Part shown: one piece after another, positions 39,393-49,860 of the stretch
How positions within the stretch are numbered: position 1 is the first letter of the stretch
How the letters are laid out: each line of letters begins with the position of its first letter
IMG/VR virus record: IMGVR_UViG_2541047543_000003
Length of the DNA: 64,000 bases
Reading direction: 5' to 3' (one strand)
DNA from: a virus
Taxonomy: Duplodnaviria > Heunggongvirae > Uroviricota > Caudoviricetes
Position numbers and translations under genes: made by a program
Notes under the pieces: model-generated
What the model was told of the DNA's origin: nothing
Seen by the model: only the letters and a program-made list of their open reading frames with translations
The model's database searches: none

Positions 39393-40712
39393 ATGAATGG
39401 AGCAGAATTTTTAAGTAATTTGGAACAAATAAACAGACCTATCAAATCTATTAAAAAGATTCGAAAGGCACTATTAAATCTAAAAGAAATTGATCTCATT
39501 GATACTCCAGTTATGATCTCAATAGAGAAAGATGATCTCGCATTGAAAGGTAAAGACTTCTGTGGAACAAAATACAGTTACAACATCCTTTCTGGCGTAA
39601 AACCTATACATACTCTGGGCTTTTTAAGCTACATCATAATCGGAACACCGACCCTTGCACTAACCAGCTCATTCGTAATTTCTGCTGCTTTAACATCAGG
39701 TGTTTTTTATTCATCATTCAAAATGAGAAAAAAATGGATTAGAGAGCGAATAGAACTACTTTCTGAACGAAAAGAATTCAAAAAGGAAATAAATATAATT
39801 GCTGAAGGGATAAAGTATCTTGAAAGTTTAGAGTTGACGTACAATCTCGGTTCTATTAAGCAAACAACTTTCAAAATTCTTCATACAACTGATGACATCT
39901 CTGCTGGTGAGATTATTACTCTTGTTGATGAGCTTGAAAAAGCATTTATTTTTAATGAAGAAATTGGATTTTTGAGAGAGCAAGCATTTGATGAATGCTA
40001 TGTCCCGCTTAACTACAGAAATGATGATGAAAATTTAAGTAAACTGGACTTTCTTACAATTGATCCGAACTACAAAACCGTTAAAGAAGAAGCAGAACAG
40101 GTTCAATCTGAGTTTGAACAACTAATCGACAGACCTTTCAAAGAACGAGACGTTGATGCTATTAGGTTATCTAAAACACTTGCTGAAGCCAAAAAAGAAA
40201 TACCTATGGTTAAACAACCACAATCAACCGATGGTGGCAATGATAGCATTGACAAAGCTTCAACTATCACGACCAGTGTAGCTGCTGGCATCGCAATTTC
40301 TGAAATCATTCCTGACAAAGAACAAGATACGGCTAGCCAAGATTCCGAAACTTTTAACGGTGCTTCAATTGATAATAACGAAGAGACTCAAACTGAAGTC
40401 GAAAGCGAATCAATTCTGAGTAAGACAAATACAGAGATCACCGAGAATGTTCAAGATAGCAATGAACAAGCTGAAGACAAGTCTTCAGCCATAGCTCAAA
40501 GTCATGTCTCTGATCAGAGCCTTTCTGAACTTCTATCTTCAGACGATGATGAAACTGAAGAAGACGATGATGATTTTAGCGATATTGAAGATGAACTTGA
40601 TTTTGACTTGCATACAGCCGCAAGCGCCCCTGATATTGAAATAGATGAAGATGCAGATGACGGACTATCCGAAGATGAGTTGAGTTCACTATTAAATGGA
40701 TTTGAAGACTAA
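39393..40712 (+). CDS. membrane-anchored protein with long acidic disordered tail
   Basis: Hydrophobic segment at ~75-105; D/E-rich C-terminus (DDDETEEDDDDFSDIEDE). Confidence 0.7.
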   Translation: MNGAEFLSNLEQINRPIKSIKKIRKALLNLKEIDLIDTPVMISIEKDDLALKGKDFCGTKYSYNILSGVKPIHTLGFLSYIIIGTPTLALTSSFVISAALTSGVFYSSFKMRKKWIRERIELLSERKEFKKEINIIAEGIKYLESLELTYNLGSIKQTTFKILHTTDDISAGEIITLVDELEKAFIFNEEIGFLREQAFDECYVPLNYRNDDENLSKLDFLTIDPNYKTVKEEAEQVQSEFEQLIDRPFKERDVDAIRLSKTLAEAKKEIPMVKQPQSTDGGNDSIDKASTITTSVAAGIAISEIIPDKEQDTASQDSETFNGASIDNNEETQTEVESESILSKTNTEITENVQDSNEQAEDKSSAIAQSHVSDQSLSELLSSDDDETEEDDDDFSDIEDELDFDLHTAASAPDIEIDEDADDGLSEDELSSLLNGFED

Positions 40713-40865
40713 ATTAAAAGCGGCTTTCATAAGCCGCTCTTTTATTCCTTAAATCACCATTACAAACACCTATACACTATTGCTCAAACCACTGTTTAAA
40801 TTGGGCATTTTTATTGACTTTGAACTATAATACTGATAGCTTATTCTCTGATTATTTGAGGAAGC

Positions 40866-41483
40866 TTGATGAACATCACTATTAATGCTGACAATTCTTT
40901 GCGTCTATGTCCTATAAGAACCACTGAGAAAGATATCGATGACATGAAGAATAGAGTAGCTTCCTATGTAAGAGTCGGAATAGATCCAAGACACATTATT
41001 AATGGCTATTTAAGTAAAGAAGATATAGACAGTCAACACAAGGTACTTCAATTATTGGTGTCCCTTGCTCTATATGAACAGGTAATAAGTATGAGCGACT
41101 TAAATAATGACGTATCACTATTTGTTAATCCACTAACCCTGGATATAAACAAATATAATCCCGATAAGGATTTGATAGTTAATGTTATAAAGTCATCTGG
41201 TGAAAAGCTCGATTTTTCATTTAAAACAGATGAGTTTGTAAGATTTGCTATTGATTCAATGGGGTTATCTGATGGCGATTTAGTTCCTGAAGATCTTCCT
41301 GCTAATTCAATTCTTTTCCATTCTGTATCTGTTGTAGCTAGAAACAACTCTGAAATGTTTGGAGAGCAAATATCAGATGGGAAGGTTTCGGTTCTTCTAT
41401 CTGAATGCAGACCTATGCTAATCAGTAATGGCTCTACCGTATGCAGTCTCCATTCATCAAGCAGTCCTAGATTCTCACATTAA
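40866..41483 (+). CDS. hypothetical protein
   Basis: 205-aa ORF. Confidence 0.6.
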   Translation: MMNITINADNSLRLCPIRTTEKDIDDMKNRVASYVRVGIDPRHIINGYLSKEDIDSQHKVLQLLVSLALYEQVISMSDLNNDVSLFVNPLTLDINKYNPDKDLIVNVIKSSGEKLDFSFKTDEFVRFAIDSMGLSDGDLVPEDLPANSILFHSVSVVARNNSEMFGEQISDGKVSVLLSECRPMLISNGSTVCSLHSSSSPRFSH

Positions 41484-41561
41484 ACAACGTGCAGTGCGAA
41501 TTTAGTTAATCTGGTAATTTAATTCCTACAGAAAAGAGGCAAGCTTAGCTTGCCTCTTTTT

Positions 41562-42212
41562 CTATTTGTAAAACTGCAACTCGACTCTTCGGTTACACGC
41601 TTTACCTTGACTGGTTTCGTTATCGCAAATAGGTTGGCTTTCTCCAGCTCCCTCAACCTTAATTCGGCTGTAGCCAACTCCATGAGATGAAATGTACTTA
41701 GCTACTTCATCAGCGCGTTCCTGACTTAGTTTTAGATTATGGTCTTCTTTTCCAGATGCATCTGCGTGACCAGTAACTGAAAGCTTAACATCGCCAAATT
41801 CTTTCATCACTTTAGCTACACTTCTTAGTGTTGGTTTAGCTTCATAACTTAGCTCCTTAGAGTCAACTCCGAAAGCTAAGTCGCTCTCCATAACTAGCGT
41901 TAATTTATCATCTTCCCTTGAAACCTGAACCCCAGTTCCAACAAGCTCTGCTCTCAAAGCGTCTGCTTCAGCATCAAGGTTTGTTCCTTCAATGCCTGCA
42001 ACGATAGCGCCTCCAATACAGCCAATTGCTGTTCCACCACCAGGAGCTACTGCTGTACCAGCAAGCCCACCAGCGGCACACCCCATAACTGATGATGATG
42101 ATTTGCTTGTAGGAACCTCATCGCCAGTATATGGTTCTTCACGCGTTAGCTGACACCCTGAAAGAGTCAAGAGACCTGTAGCAATTAAAGCTAGCTTCAT
42201 ACCTTTTTTCAT
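41562..42212 (-). CDS. OmpA-family lipoprotein (YiaD-like)
   Basis: Lipobox LSGC, glycine zipper, VTGHAD...NLKLSQERA..V, NRRVEL. Confidence 0.93.
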   Translation of the reverse strand: MKKGMKLALIATGLLTLSGCQLTREEPYTGDEVPTSKSSSSVMGCAAGGLAGTAVAPGGGTAIGCIGGAIVAGIEGTNLDAEADALRAELVGTGVQVSREDDKLTLVMESDLAFGVDSKELSYEAKPTLRSVAKVMKEFGDVKLSVTGHADASGKEDHNLKLSQERADEVAKYISSHGVGYSRIKVEGAGESQPICDNETSQGKACNRRVELQFYK

Positions 42213-42344
42213 TATAAACTCGATTTATTTTTATTTATTTAAATAAATATACAATGAAAAAAATGCTGATACAAGATTAATGAATAAGAATTTGAGTTTT
42301 TTTATTATTTGACATATAATCTACTTTTTTGAACGGAGAATTTT

Positions 42345-42830
42345 ATGTCTTGCTGCAAATTAGTTCAGGTTTCGCCAGCCTCATTTTCAGGGCGGTTCTT
42401 CGGCAATATTGATTACATATTTTTCGACTTTAAATCGACAATTCACACTCTCTCTTCCACTCAGTGGTTTAGACCTACGAACTTGAAACCATATAACGAT
42501 ATCATTATGAACCAGTTAGAGGTTTTATGTGATAGCTTCGTTTTGCCCGTTTTTAACGTATTAATAGTAAATTTCTCCAACTTCGACACCCTCAGCTCGA
42601 AAGAGATTGATGCACTTTATCATTCAATTCATAATCTTGCTGAAGTTGAGAATATAAGCGCAATCTTTGCTATAAACACGTATAAAGTTAACATGCAAGG
42701 ACTCAACGGGGTTTTTGATTTGTGGGGATTTGATAAAATTAACCCTAATATTAGCATTAAGGATATGAACTCTAAACCTGTTAATTTAGAGTTCGATATT
42801 TACAAGGTTAATCATTTATCATCAATTTAG
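42345..42830 (+). CDS. hypothetical protein
   Basis: 161-aa ORF with GGAG RBS. Confidence 0.55.
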   Translation: MSCCKLVQVSPASFSGRFFGNIDYIFFDFKSTIHTLSSTQWFRPTNLKPYNDIIMNQLEVLCDSFVLPVFNVLIVNFSNFDTLSSKEIDALYHSIHNLAEVENISAIFAINTYKVNMQGLNGVFDLWGFDKINPNISIKDMNSKPVNLEFDIYKVNHLSSI

Positions 42831-43187
42831 AATGATCTGAAAGTAGCCTATGCAGCTATTTTTATGTCTTTCTTTATCTTTAATGAATGAGTTTATGTAT
42901 CGTTCTGGTGGTATAGATATAAATTTCACATTGCTATCCAGAATACTGAAGTTAAGCGATGTATTCATTCCGCAATCTATAAATGACTTAATGCACAGCG
43001 ATAAAAAACTTTCTGTATTGCTGGTAGCTTCAAACGGAACGTAAAGTATTTCAAATCCCAGAAGTGTCTCGATCCCATCGCTGTGATATGCGATTATTTC
43101 ACCATCTTCTTCAGATGTCTTGATACAGAGATACCTTTTTAGATACTCTTCTATCAACGATGCTGAAATCTTTTTTTTAGAAAACAT
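42822..43187 (-). CDS. hypothetical protein
   Basis: 121-aa ORF. Confidence 0.5.
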   Translation of the reverse strand: MFSKKKISASLIEEYLKRYLCIKTSEEDGEIIAYHSDGIETLLGFEILYVPFEATSNTESFLSLCIKSFIDCGMNTSLNFSILDSNVKFISIPPERYINSFIKDKERHKNSCIGYFQIILN

Positions 43188-43248
43188 GAAAAACCCTTAG
43201 TAACGCAACTAAGGGGATGTTATATCAGAGAAAGCTACAGTGCAAAGA

Positions 43249-43695
43249 TTACCTTACTTTAAGGTTTCTCTTCTGCTCCATATCCTGAGACTTCTTCTTC
43301 AGGCTTTCGCGCTTATCGTAATTATTTTTTCCTTTAGCCAAAGCAAACTCAACCTTGACCTTTCCATTACTCCAGTAAACAGAAGTCAAAACGCATGTCA
43401 TTCCTTGCTTGTTGATATCACCAACAATTTTAGCAATCTCTTTTTTGTTCAGAAGTAACTTTTTAATTCTTAAGGGGTCTGCTTTTACGTGTGTGCTAGC
43501 CATAGAAAGCGGCTCAATTCGGAGATTGCTTACAAACATCTCCCCGCCTTTTTCAAAGACGTAGCTTTCTGTAACATTAATTTTCCCTTCACGTAAAGCT
43601 TTTACTTCCCACCCTTCTAGGCAAATACCCGCCTCAAATCGATCCTTCAAATGATATTCAAATGATGCCTTCCTGTTCTTTGCAATCGCCTTCAT
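43249..43695 (-). CDS. smpB: SsrA-binding protein
   Basis: IAKNRKASFEY, EAGICLEGWEVKALR, RIKKLLL.KKEI, LAKGK..YDKRE. Confidence 0.96.
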   Translation of the reverse strand: MKAIAKNRKASFEYHLKDRFEAGICLEGWEVKALREGKINVTESYVFEKGGEMFVSNLRIEPLSMASTHVKADPLRIKKLLLNKKEIAKIVGDINKQGMTCVLTSVYWSNGKVKVEFALAKGKNNYDKRESLKKKSQDMEQKRNLKVR

Positions 43696-43794
43696 TATTA
43701 ACCTTTATTCATAAAAATCTTTCAGTATTGATAGTAATGTCACTATGTGGTACATTCCTATTCTTTTGAGTAATTCTCAATAACAGATACTATC

Positions 43795-46056
43795 GTGAAT
43801 CGCATAATCTTATATGTAAACATAGCTTTAACTATGGTCGCTACTATAGCTATAAGCCAAGTTTTTTTAAATTCTATTTTAAATGAGGAGTCATTTGTTG
43901 ACTCTGAGCTATACTACATCTCTAATAAGATAAACACAATACCTTATGAAGAAAAACATAAAGAAATTCAAGCGATTCTTGAAAGTAGCATACTTTCTAA
44001 GAGTGGGTATTATCTTGAGTTCCGTGAAAAGGCACATCCTTTAATCAGAATCAATCCTGATAAATTACCAGCAAAATCAACCAGCAGCTTCAAAAACTTT
44101 ATCGATAAAATTTTCGGTAGAAACTTAACTAAGTCATACCGAGTTAATAACAGCTCTACCATTTATGTAAATGGGAAATTATTAGACATTACATTTTCTA
44201 AGTTTTTCTTAAGCAGCAATCAACTTCCGTTCCTGTTGATTGCGGTATGGTATGCGATTTTTTCCATATACTCTGCAATTGCTTACAGAGATGCAGTCAA
44301 TTACATACATAAAGCCAAACATTCACTTATCAATGGATTGCCGATCCTTACATCAAGAAGACATGTTTCATATAATATTTTCAATGAGATAGAGGCGTAC
44401 ATTGATGAGATTAATGATAAGCATAAATGTAATATTGATTACATAAAATTGTCATCTAAGAATGAGATTATCAACCTTCACAACCATAATGATGAAATCA
44501 ACAATCAACTGGATCATATGATCCTAGAAACATCTTCATTGGCTTCATCTCAAAAGAAACTTATTAATAATCTAATGATGATGACTGAAGAGCTAAAAGG
44601 AAGAACTACAGATAAGGATAGCACCTTAACCATTATACAGATGGAACGTATGCTTAATTCACTGATGAGTAACAACAATAACTTTATCGATGCTCATGAC
44701 ATTTTAAGAAAGAAATTTGAGCCAATTGCTCAAGATTTTTTCTATCTTAGTGATGAGTGTTGTATCAGTATTAACACGATTGCTGATCTAAACAAAATTG
44801 ATATCTTCTATGTAGAACAAACTGACATCCCTACTGAGTTATTCATTAATAGCGCCATATTCAGAGACACACTTCTAGAAATGGTGGAGCATGAGGCTGC
44901 AAGTTCGTTCACAAAATCCATCAATGTCTCTGTGAGTTATGTAGATAGCCAAGATAGTCATCTACTCATTGAAGTTAACACATGCTTCAATGGGGCTGGT
45001 CTAGTTACATACACAAGAAATCATCAACCAGGCTTCTCAAACCTACAGAAGAGCTTAAAAGCCATTGGGGGCAATCTTAAGTGCAAGTTCATCACAGATT
45101 ATAATCAGAATAATTTAACTGTTGAAATACCAGCAATCCAGACAGGCAATGAAAGCTCACTGTATAAATCAACCCTGTTAAAGCTTTCTGACAAGCAGAC
45201 AAACATTTTGGTGATCGACACCAATCCGTCTACCACCTTTATTCTTACATCTAAGCTTCGCAAGCTTTTGTTCACCTACAAGAAGGTATCATCCATTCAA
45301 CGTGCAAAAGAGCTGAATCAAGAGTTTGACGTAGTGTTTGTTATTGATGCGGAAAATAATCAAAGCCTTATCTCTCAATCAAGAGAAATCTCTAGCCTTA
45401 TCGTTGGCATCGAAAATACCTACTCACAATATAAGCTTGATGAGATCCAGCGAAGAACGGACATTGATGTCGCACTCCCATTAAACATTCCTTACGGAAG
45501 GCTGACAAACTGCCTAATGAAATGTGCAGAATATTGCTGCACAACAATCAAGAATAAGAGGGTTCTAAATGAATTCACCGCTACTGAGAGCTTATTGCAT
45601 AAGCTCTCTTCAGATAACAACAGTTTTCAGGTTACAGGTAAACCGACATTCGCCCTTAACACTAGTGTAGTAGAATCAGTTAGATCTAGAAAGAGTGTTG
45701 TTAGTGGCAAGCATGTACTTGTTTACTCAAGCGATCATGAGGATATGGGACAAATGTCTCAAGTTTTGTCCTCAATGGGAGCAACTTGTACTAGCACAAC
45801 CAGCTATAATGAACTATACTCTTTCGCAATAAGTAGTGACGTGGATTGCATTTTTATCTGCTTACACTCACCACTGAAAGAAGAGTATGATGTTATTTAT
45901 AAGCTTAAAAGAACACTGAGTGGGGAAAATCCCTCGTTTTATCTCTTAGGTGCTCAAATTCCGAGCATACAAGATGTTGAGTTTTTGAATATTTTTAGAT
46001 CTATATTGATCTATCCTATCACTCAGGATAAGGTTACAAAGGCTTTAAGCCAATAA
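43795..46056 (+). CDS. degenerate hybrid sensor kinase (BarA/VarS/GacS-like layout)
   Basis: Two TM segments, eroded HisKA/HATPase region (NGAGL), two receiver-like folds ILVIDTN and VLVYSSD...IFICLHSP lacking the phospho-Asp. Confidence 0.6.
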   Translation: MNRIILYVNIALTMVATIAISQVFLNSILNEESFVDSELYYISNKINTIPYEEKHKEIQAILESSILSKSGYYLEFREKAHPLIRINPDKLPAKSTSSFKNFIDKIFGRNLTKSYRVNNSSTIYVNGKLLDITFSKFFLSSNQLPFLLIAVWYAIFSIYSAIAYRDAVNYIHKAKHSLINGLPILTSRRHVSYNIFNEIEAYIDEINDKHKCNIDYIKLSSKNEIINLHNHNDEINNQLDHMILETSSLASSQKKLINNLMMMTEELKGRTTDKDSTLTIIQMERMLNSLMSNNNNFIDAHDILRKKFEPIAQDFFYLSDECCISINTIADLNKIDIFYVEQTDIPTELFINSAIFRDTLLEMVEHEAASSFTKSINVSVSYVDSQDSHLLIEVNTCFNGAGLVTYTRNHQPGFSNLQKSLKAIGGNLKCKFITDYNQNNLTVEIPAIQTGNESSLYKSTLLKLSDKQTNILVIDTNPSTTFILTSKLRKLLFTYKKVSSIQRAKELNQEFDVVFVIDAENNQSLISQSREISSLIVGIENTYSQYKLDEIQRRTDIDVALPLNIPYGRLTNCLMKCAEYCCTTIKNKRVLNEFTATESLLHKLSSDNNSFQVTGKPTFALNTSVVESVRSRKSVVSGKHVLVYSSDHEDMGQMSQVLSSMGATCTSTTSYNELYSFAISSDVDCIFICLHSPLKEEYDVIYKLKRTLSGENPSFYLLGAQIPSIQDVEFLNIFRSILIYPITQDKVTKALSQ

Positions 46057-46101
46057 AATTCTCAGAGGTGATATGAACCTCTACAAGATGAGAGAAAAGT
46101 C

Positions 46102-46473
46102 ATGCTAAGAGTAGTTGGAGACAATACTAGTTACGAACAACAACACTGTTGTAACTATGAAAACTCTCCTTACATGATCCTTTTGAGTAGTGAAGCCTTA
46201 GAACAAGTAAAATCGGTTCAGCTACTGCCTCTTAATGGCACTTTTGAATTCAATGCGTTAGTGCGAATCAGCAACGACTATCGCTGGCATTGGATTACAG
46301 ACCATATATCGGATATCGATTTTATTACAGAATCAATTTCACAAATGATTGACAGACATTTATCTCTATTCCCCGAGGATGAAGAAGTGTTCATCGATTG
46401 GAAAAGAGAGCTTAAAAATACAGATAGATTAGAAGCAAATGGCATATCATTAATGTACGAAGAACTACACTGA
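46102..46473 (+). CDS. hypothetical protein
   Basis: 123-aa ORF. Confidence 0.55.
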   Translation: MLRVVGDNTSYEQQHCCNYENSPYMILLSSEALEQVKSVQLLPLNGTFEFNALVRISNDYRWHWITDHISDIDFITESISQMIDRHLSLFPEDEEVFIDWKRELKNTDRLEANGISLMYEELH

Positions 46474-46579
46474 TACAAATCCAGCACTCAAGTGCTGGAT
46501 TTTTTAATATTACCTTGCTGTTAATTTTGTTTTTTGTAATACTCTCTTTGTTATTAACTAATAAAAAACAAAGACATTT

Positions 46580-47293
46580 ATGAAAAAAACTATTATTTGT
46601 ATGGCATTAGCCACAGCAGCAATGTCAGGCTCCGCCCTGGCAAATCAAGACAAATCATCCAACCCATTCATTGATTTGAATACTGATATTGTCGATATTT
46701 ATCACGACTACATCCAGGCAAGCTACAATGTAAGCGAATCTCAAAATGGATTTTCGCTAAAGGCTAGCAAAAGCTTGAATCGTTTTATGTTTGTTGATCT
46801 AGGCTTGAACTACATCGATCCAAAAGAAGAAGTGATTGCGAACAGCTATGGTAAATCAATCGAAATCGGTTTTGGACTTAACTACCCGCTCCCTATTCCT
46901 GTAGATGTTATGGTAGCTGATATTTACGTTAGAGGTTTTGGTCACTATTTGGATTCTGGCAATTACAGCTACAAAAATGTGAACATTGCTGATATCGACA
47001 GGACTTTGATTAGCAGTAACTCATACGGTGCTGTCGCAGGTCTTAAATCCAACTTTGGAAGTGATAGTTTATACCTAAATCTATATGGCGGCTTTGAGGT
47101 GAGCAGTTTTACAGATAAAGTTGACTTTAAAGATAAAGATAACAAAGTAATTAATGACATTGAAGACGAAACCCTACCAATTTACGGTGCTGAACTTGAA
47201 TTTTTGATTGGCAAGAAAACATCATTGATCTTTGGTGGTGAGCATCGTCTTGATGAAAACTCGCTAAAAACTTCTCTTAGATATAGCTTCTAA
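46580..47293 (+). CDS. outer-membrane beta-barrel protein
   Basis: Signal peptide ...SALA, alternating beta-strand pattern, C-terminal LRYSF. Confidence 0.8.
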   Translation: MKKTIICMALATAAMSGSALANQDKSSNPFIDLNTDIVDIYHDYIQASYNVSESQNGFSLKASKSLNRFMFVDLGLNYIDPKEEVIANSYGKSIEIGFGLNYPLPIPVDVMVADIYVRGFGHYLDSGNYSYKNVNIADIDRTLISSNSYGAVAGLKSNFGSDSLYLNLYGGFEVSSFTDKVDFKDKDNKVINDIEDETLPIYGAELEFLIGKKTSLIFGGEHRLDENSLKTSLRYSF

Positions 47294-47350
47294 CAAAAAA
47301 GGTGCTTTAGAGCACCTTTCTTCATTTGAGCTTACTGACAAGGAAGATTT

Positions 47351-47803
47351 TTATTGAAATCTACTGATTAGTGTTTTGATTTCGGATTCAAGCTTGAAAT
47401 TAAGTAGCGTATGCATACTTCTACATGCCCTATCTTTCATTTGATCAATACTTACCATTTCGTAAAAGTCCGCTTCAGGAACTTCGTACTTTAGCTCATC
47501 AATGAATGTACTTCTGCACTTCAACTCTTTTAGATTAACTGAATCTACCTTTAGCATGTAAAGATATAGGTCTTTGAACTTATTGTAAAAAAACCATCCG
47601 ATCTCAATAAGGTCTTCTTCCTTTACTACCAAGCCTGTTTCTTCTTCCAGCTCACGCACTGCGGTTTCTTTGGTTGTTTCACCAAGATTTTGCGTACCCT
47701 TAGGGATATCCCAATGGTCTTGACCTGTCACATGCTGCATTAATACTAAATTGTTACTATCAACAACAATAACACCGCATGACAGTTTCTTTTTTTCTAT
47801 CAT
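47351..47803 (-). CDS. Nudix hydrolase
   Basis: WDIPKG.....GET..ETAVRELEEETGL Nudix box. Confidence 0.93.
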   Translation of the reverse strand: MIEKKKLSCGVIVVDSNNLVLMQHVTGQDHWDIPKGTQNLGETTKETAVRELEEETGLVVKEEDLIEIGWFFYNKFKDLYLYMLKVDSVNLKELKCRSTFIDELKYEVPEADFYEMVSIDQMKDRACRSMHTLLNFKLESEIKTLISRFQ

Positions 47804-47956
47804 ATAGCTCTCAATCCTTTATTTATTATTCGATTTAGTTGAACCGACTCTTTATTATTCATCAAAACACCTAAAAAATAAAGAGATCTATATAAAATTG
47901 TTAACAGTATTTTCATTCAAAAATAAAAAAGGCGCGACAATCTGCCGCGCCTTTAA

Positions 47957-48406
47957 TTAGAGCATTTCTCTTGCAATCTTGCTTGCCATTGGCTTTTCAA
48001 ACTTACCTGGATACTGTTGAGAAAGCTGTTTCATCGCATCCCCAATCGTTTCAAACTGAAGTTCTGACATTACCTTTCTTAGCTCTACTTCACCCATAAC
48101 ATCAGGCAGCAGAGATTTTAAAAAGGCAATTTCCGCTCTCAGATTTTCACATTCTTTGTTTTCTAGGAGCGCAGTATTATCTGAAATTGTTTTGTTGATA
48201 CTATCAAAGATAGCTGCGTTAGAAGGCTCTGCCCCAGAAGCTCCCCCTACTAGACCGTCTTTATTGTTTGCCATACTTAGCACATATGGGATCAAGCGCT
48301 TTGCAACATTGTCTTTTTCCTTGAGCGCTCTTACTTTTTCTTTTCTTAATCTTTGATACATGTTCATTTTATTGACTCCTTTTCTATTTAAAGTATCATA
48401 AATCAA
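47957..48406 (-). CDS. GatB/YqeY domain protein
   Basis: ALKEKD...KR, AEIAFLKSLLP, IGDAMK.L...YPGKF. Confidence 0.75.
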   Translation of the reverse strand: MIYDTLNRKGVNKMNMYQRLRKEKVRALKEKDNVAKRLIPYVLSMANNKDGLVGGASGAEPSNAAIFDSINKTISDNTALLENKECENLRAEIAFLKSLLPDVMGEVELRKVMSELQFETIGDAMKQLSQQYPGKFEKPMASKIAREML

Positions 48407-48440
48407 TTACAATTAAATTCAAAATAAAAATTAAGTATTT

Positions 48441-49406
48441 ATGAATAAGCTAATAACCACATTAAAGAGCGCTTCTACCATAATCAGTTACAACCTAGAT
48501 TTTTTCAAAATGGTCGGTAACTACATAATCTCAGCATGTTTAATCTTCTATGCAGCAAGCCTATGGCCTGTGATGGACGAACTACTAACCCTGAGCGAAA
48601 ATAGTCTAAAAGAGGGAGCGATTTCCACGTCAGTCATTACAACTCTTGTTTTGTGTTCAACTTTATTTTTGAATTTTATACTTAGACTAGTTGGTATGTT
48701 CCAATATGGTTTAGCTGGCATTACAGCTATCAAAATCTCTGTTGAAATTACACTATTGCTTTTTTTAATTTCATTCGTTAGTCAAGATTCAGTTTCAGCC
48801 ACAATTGACCAACCAGAAAATCAAGCAATCGTCTTATTCCTGTTAATTGTGTTTGGTTATTTGTTCAACCCTTTGAGACTGTTCGAACGAACAAACTCAA
48901 ATATACAAATTTCAAGCTGTGCAAAATATGTAACATCATACGACGATTCCCAATCCCGCCTTATTGCTTATCATGAGTGCGGACATCTTATCGCCTATCT
49001 AGATGCTCTTGGGGATAAAGAGGACAAAGGATTAAATATTTACACATCAAAAGAAAAAGGTTGTGTTTATACTCCTAATAGCCATCTTTTGACATGTGAA
49101 CAACATGTCTACCTATGCCTTGCTGGGTATGCAGCAGAATTACTTTACATGCCATCTATCGCTAACAACTGGCAGTCTTTTAGACAATCATCTGACTATA
49201 TAAATGCCGCTAAGTTAATTTATGCAATCAAAGGCAGAGAAGAAACTCTATATGATGAGGAATTTGACGTTTATATGAAGCGGACAATTGAAATTCTAAT
49301 TAGAAATAAGCTGCTATTTGATAGGTATTTCGAAGAGGTTTTAAACAAAAAAATTCTGTTAAGCGATGAGATTTACGAACTAAAAAGGGGCTTTGCCCCT
49401 CAATAA
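48441..49406 (+). CDS. membrane protein with M41 (FtsH protease domain-like) metallopeptidase, no AAA domain
   Basis: Four TM segments then AYHECGHL and LAGYAAEL. Confidence 0.7.
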   Translation: MNKLITTLKSASTIISYNLDFFKMVGNYIISACLIFYAASLWPVMDELLTLSENSLKEGAISTSVITTLVLCSTLFLNFILRLVGMFQYGLAGITAIKISVEITLLLFLISFVSQDSVSATIDQPENQAIVLFLLIVFGYLFNPLRLFERTNSNIQISSCAKYVTSYDDSQSRLIAYHECGHLIAYLDALGDKEDKGLNIYTSKEKGCVYTPNSHLLTCEQHVYLCLAGYAAELLYMPSIANNWQSFRQSSDYINAAKLIYAIKGREETLYDEEFDVYMKRTIEILIRNKLLFDRYFEEVLNKKILLSDEIYELKRGFAPQ

Positions 49407-49425
49407 CGATTGAGGCTTTTCTTTG

Positions 49426-49501
49426 TAGTGTATCGAAGTGGAATTGAACCACTGACGCAAAGAACTTCAATCTTCCGCTCTACCAACTGAGCTATCGAGG
49501 C
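49426..49501 (-). tRNA. tRNA-Phe(GAA), degenerate
   Basis: Anticodon arm intact; acceptor stem has mismatches at 2:71 and 3:70; 3' end reads CTA. Confidence 0.7.
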
Positions 49502-49506
49502 ATAAT

Positions 49507-49582
49507 TGGAAGCGAGAGAGGGAATCGAACCCCCGACCTCCAGGATATGAACCTGGCAAGCTAACCGCTGCTCTATCTCGCA
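49507..49582 (-). tRNA. tRNA-Met(CAT), initiator-like
   Basis: U1:U72 mismatch, A11:U24, CCAGG-TTCATAT-CCTGG. Confidence 0.85.
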
Positions 49583-49585
49583 AAC

Positions 49586-49662
49586 TGGTGGAGATGGAGA
49601 GAATTGAACTCCCGACATGCAGCCTATGAAACCGCCGCTCTAACCAACTGAGCTACATCTCC
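49586..49662 (-). tRNA. tRNA(CAT), elongator Met or Ile2
   Basis: GCGGT-TTCATAG-GCTGC, CCA end. Confidence 0.85.
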
Positions 49663-49668
49663 AAAATA

Positions 49669-49744
49669 TGGAGCCTAGAGGCGGATTCGAACCCCCGACC
49701 TGCTCATTACAAGTGAGCTGCTCTCCCAACTGAGCTATCTAGGC
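49669..49744 (-). tRNA. tRNA-Thr(TGT)
   Basis: GCTCA-CTTGTAA-TGAGC. Confidence 0.95.
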
Positions 49745-49745
49745 A

Positions 49746-49822
49746 TGGTTCCCCTTGCTGGACTTGAACCAGCGACCTCACCCTTATCAGGGGTGTGCTC
49801 TAACCAACTGAGCTAAAGAGGA
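49746..49822 (-). tRNA. tRNA-Ile(GAT), chimeric with the acceptor stem of the tRNA-Lys type
   Basis: CACCC-CTGATAA-GGGTG in a TCCTCTT/AAGGGGA stem. Confidence 0.9.
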
Positions 49823-49860
49823 ATTATTTCTAAAGCACTCTCGTAAAAGCACTTGAGAAA

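Noticed and set aside
43100-43800. tmRNA (ssrA) next to smpB
   Set aside because: No tmRNA-like 5' GGGG and 3' TCCACCA ends found by eye.
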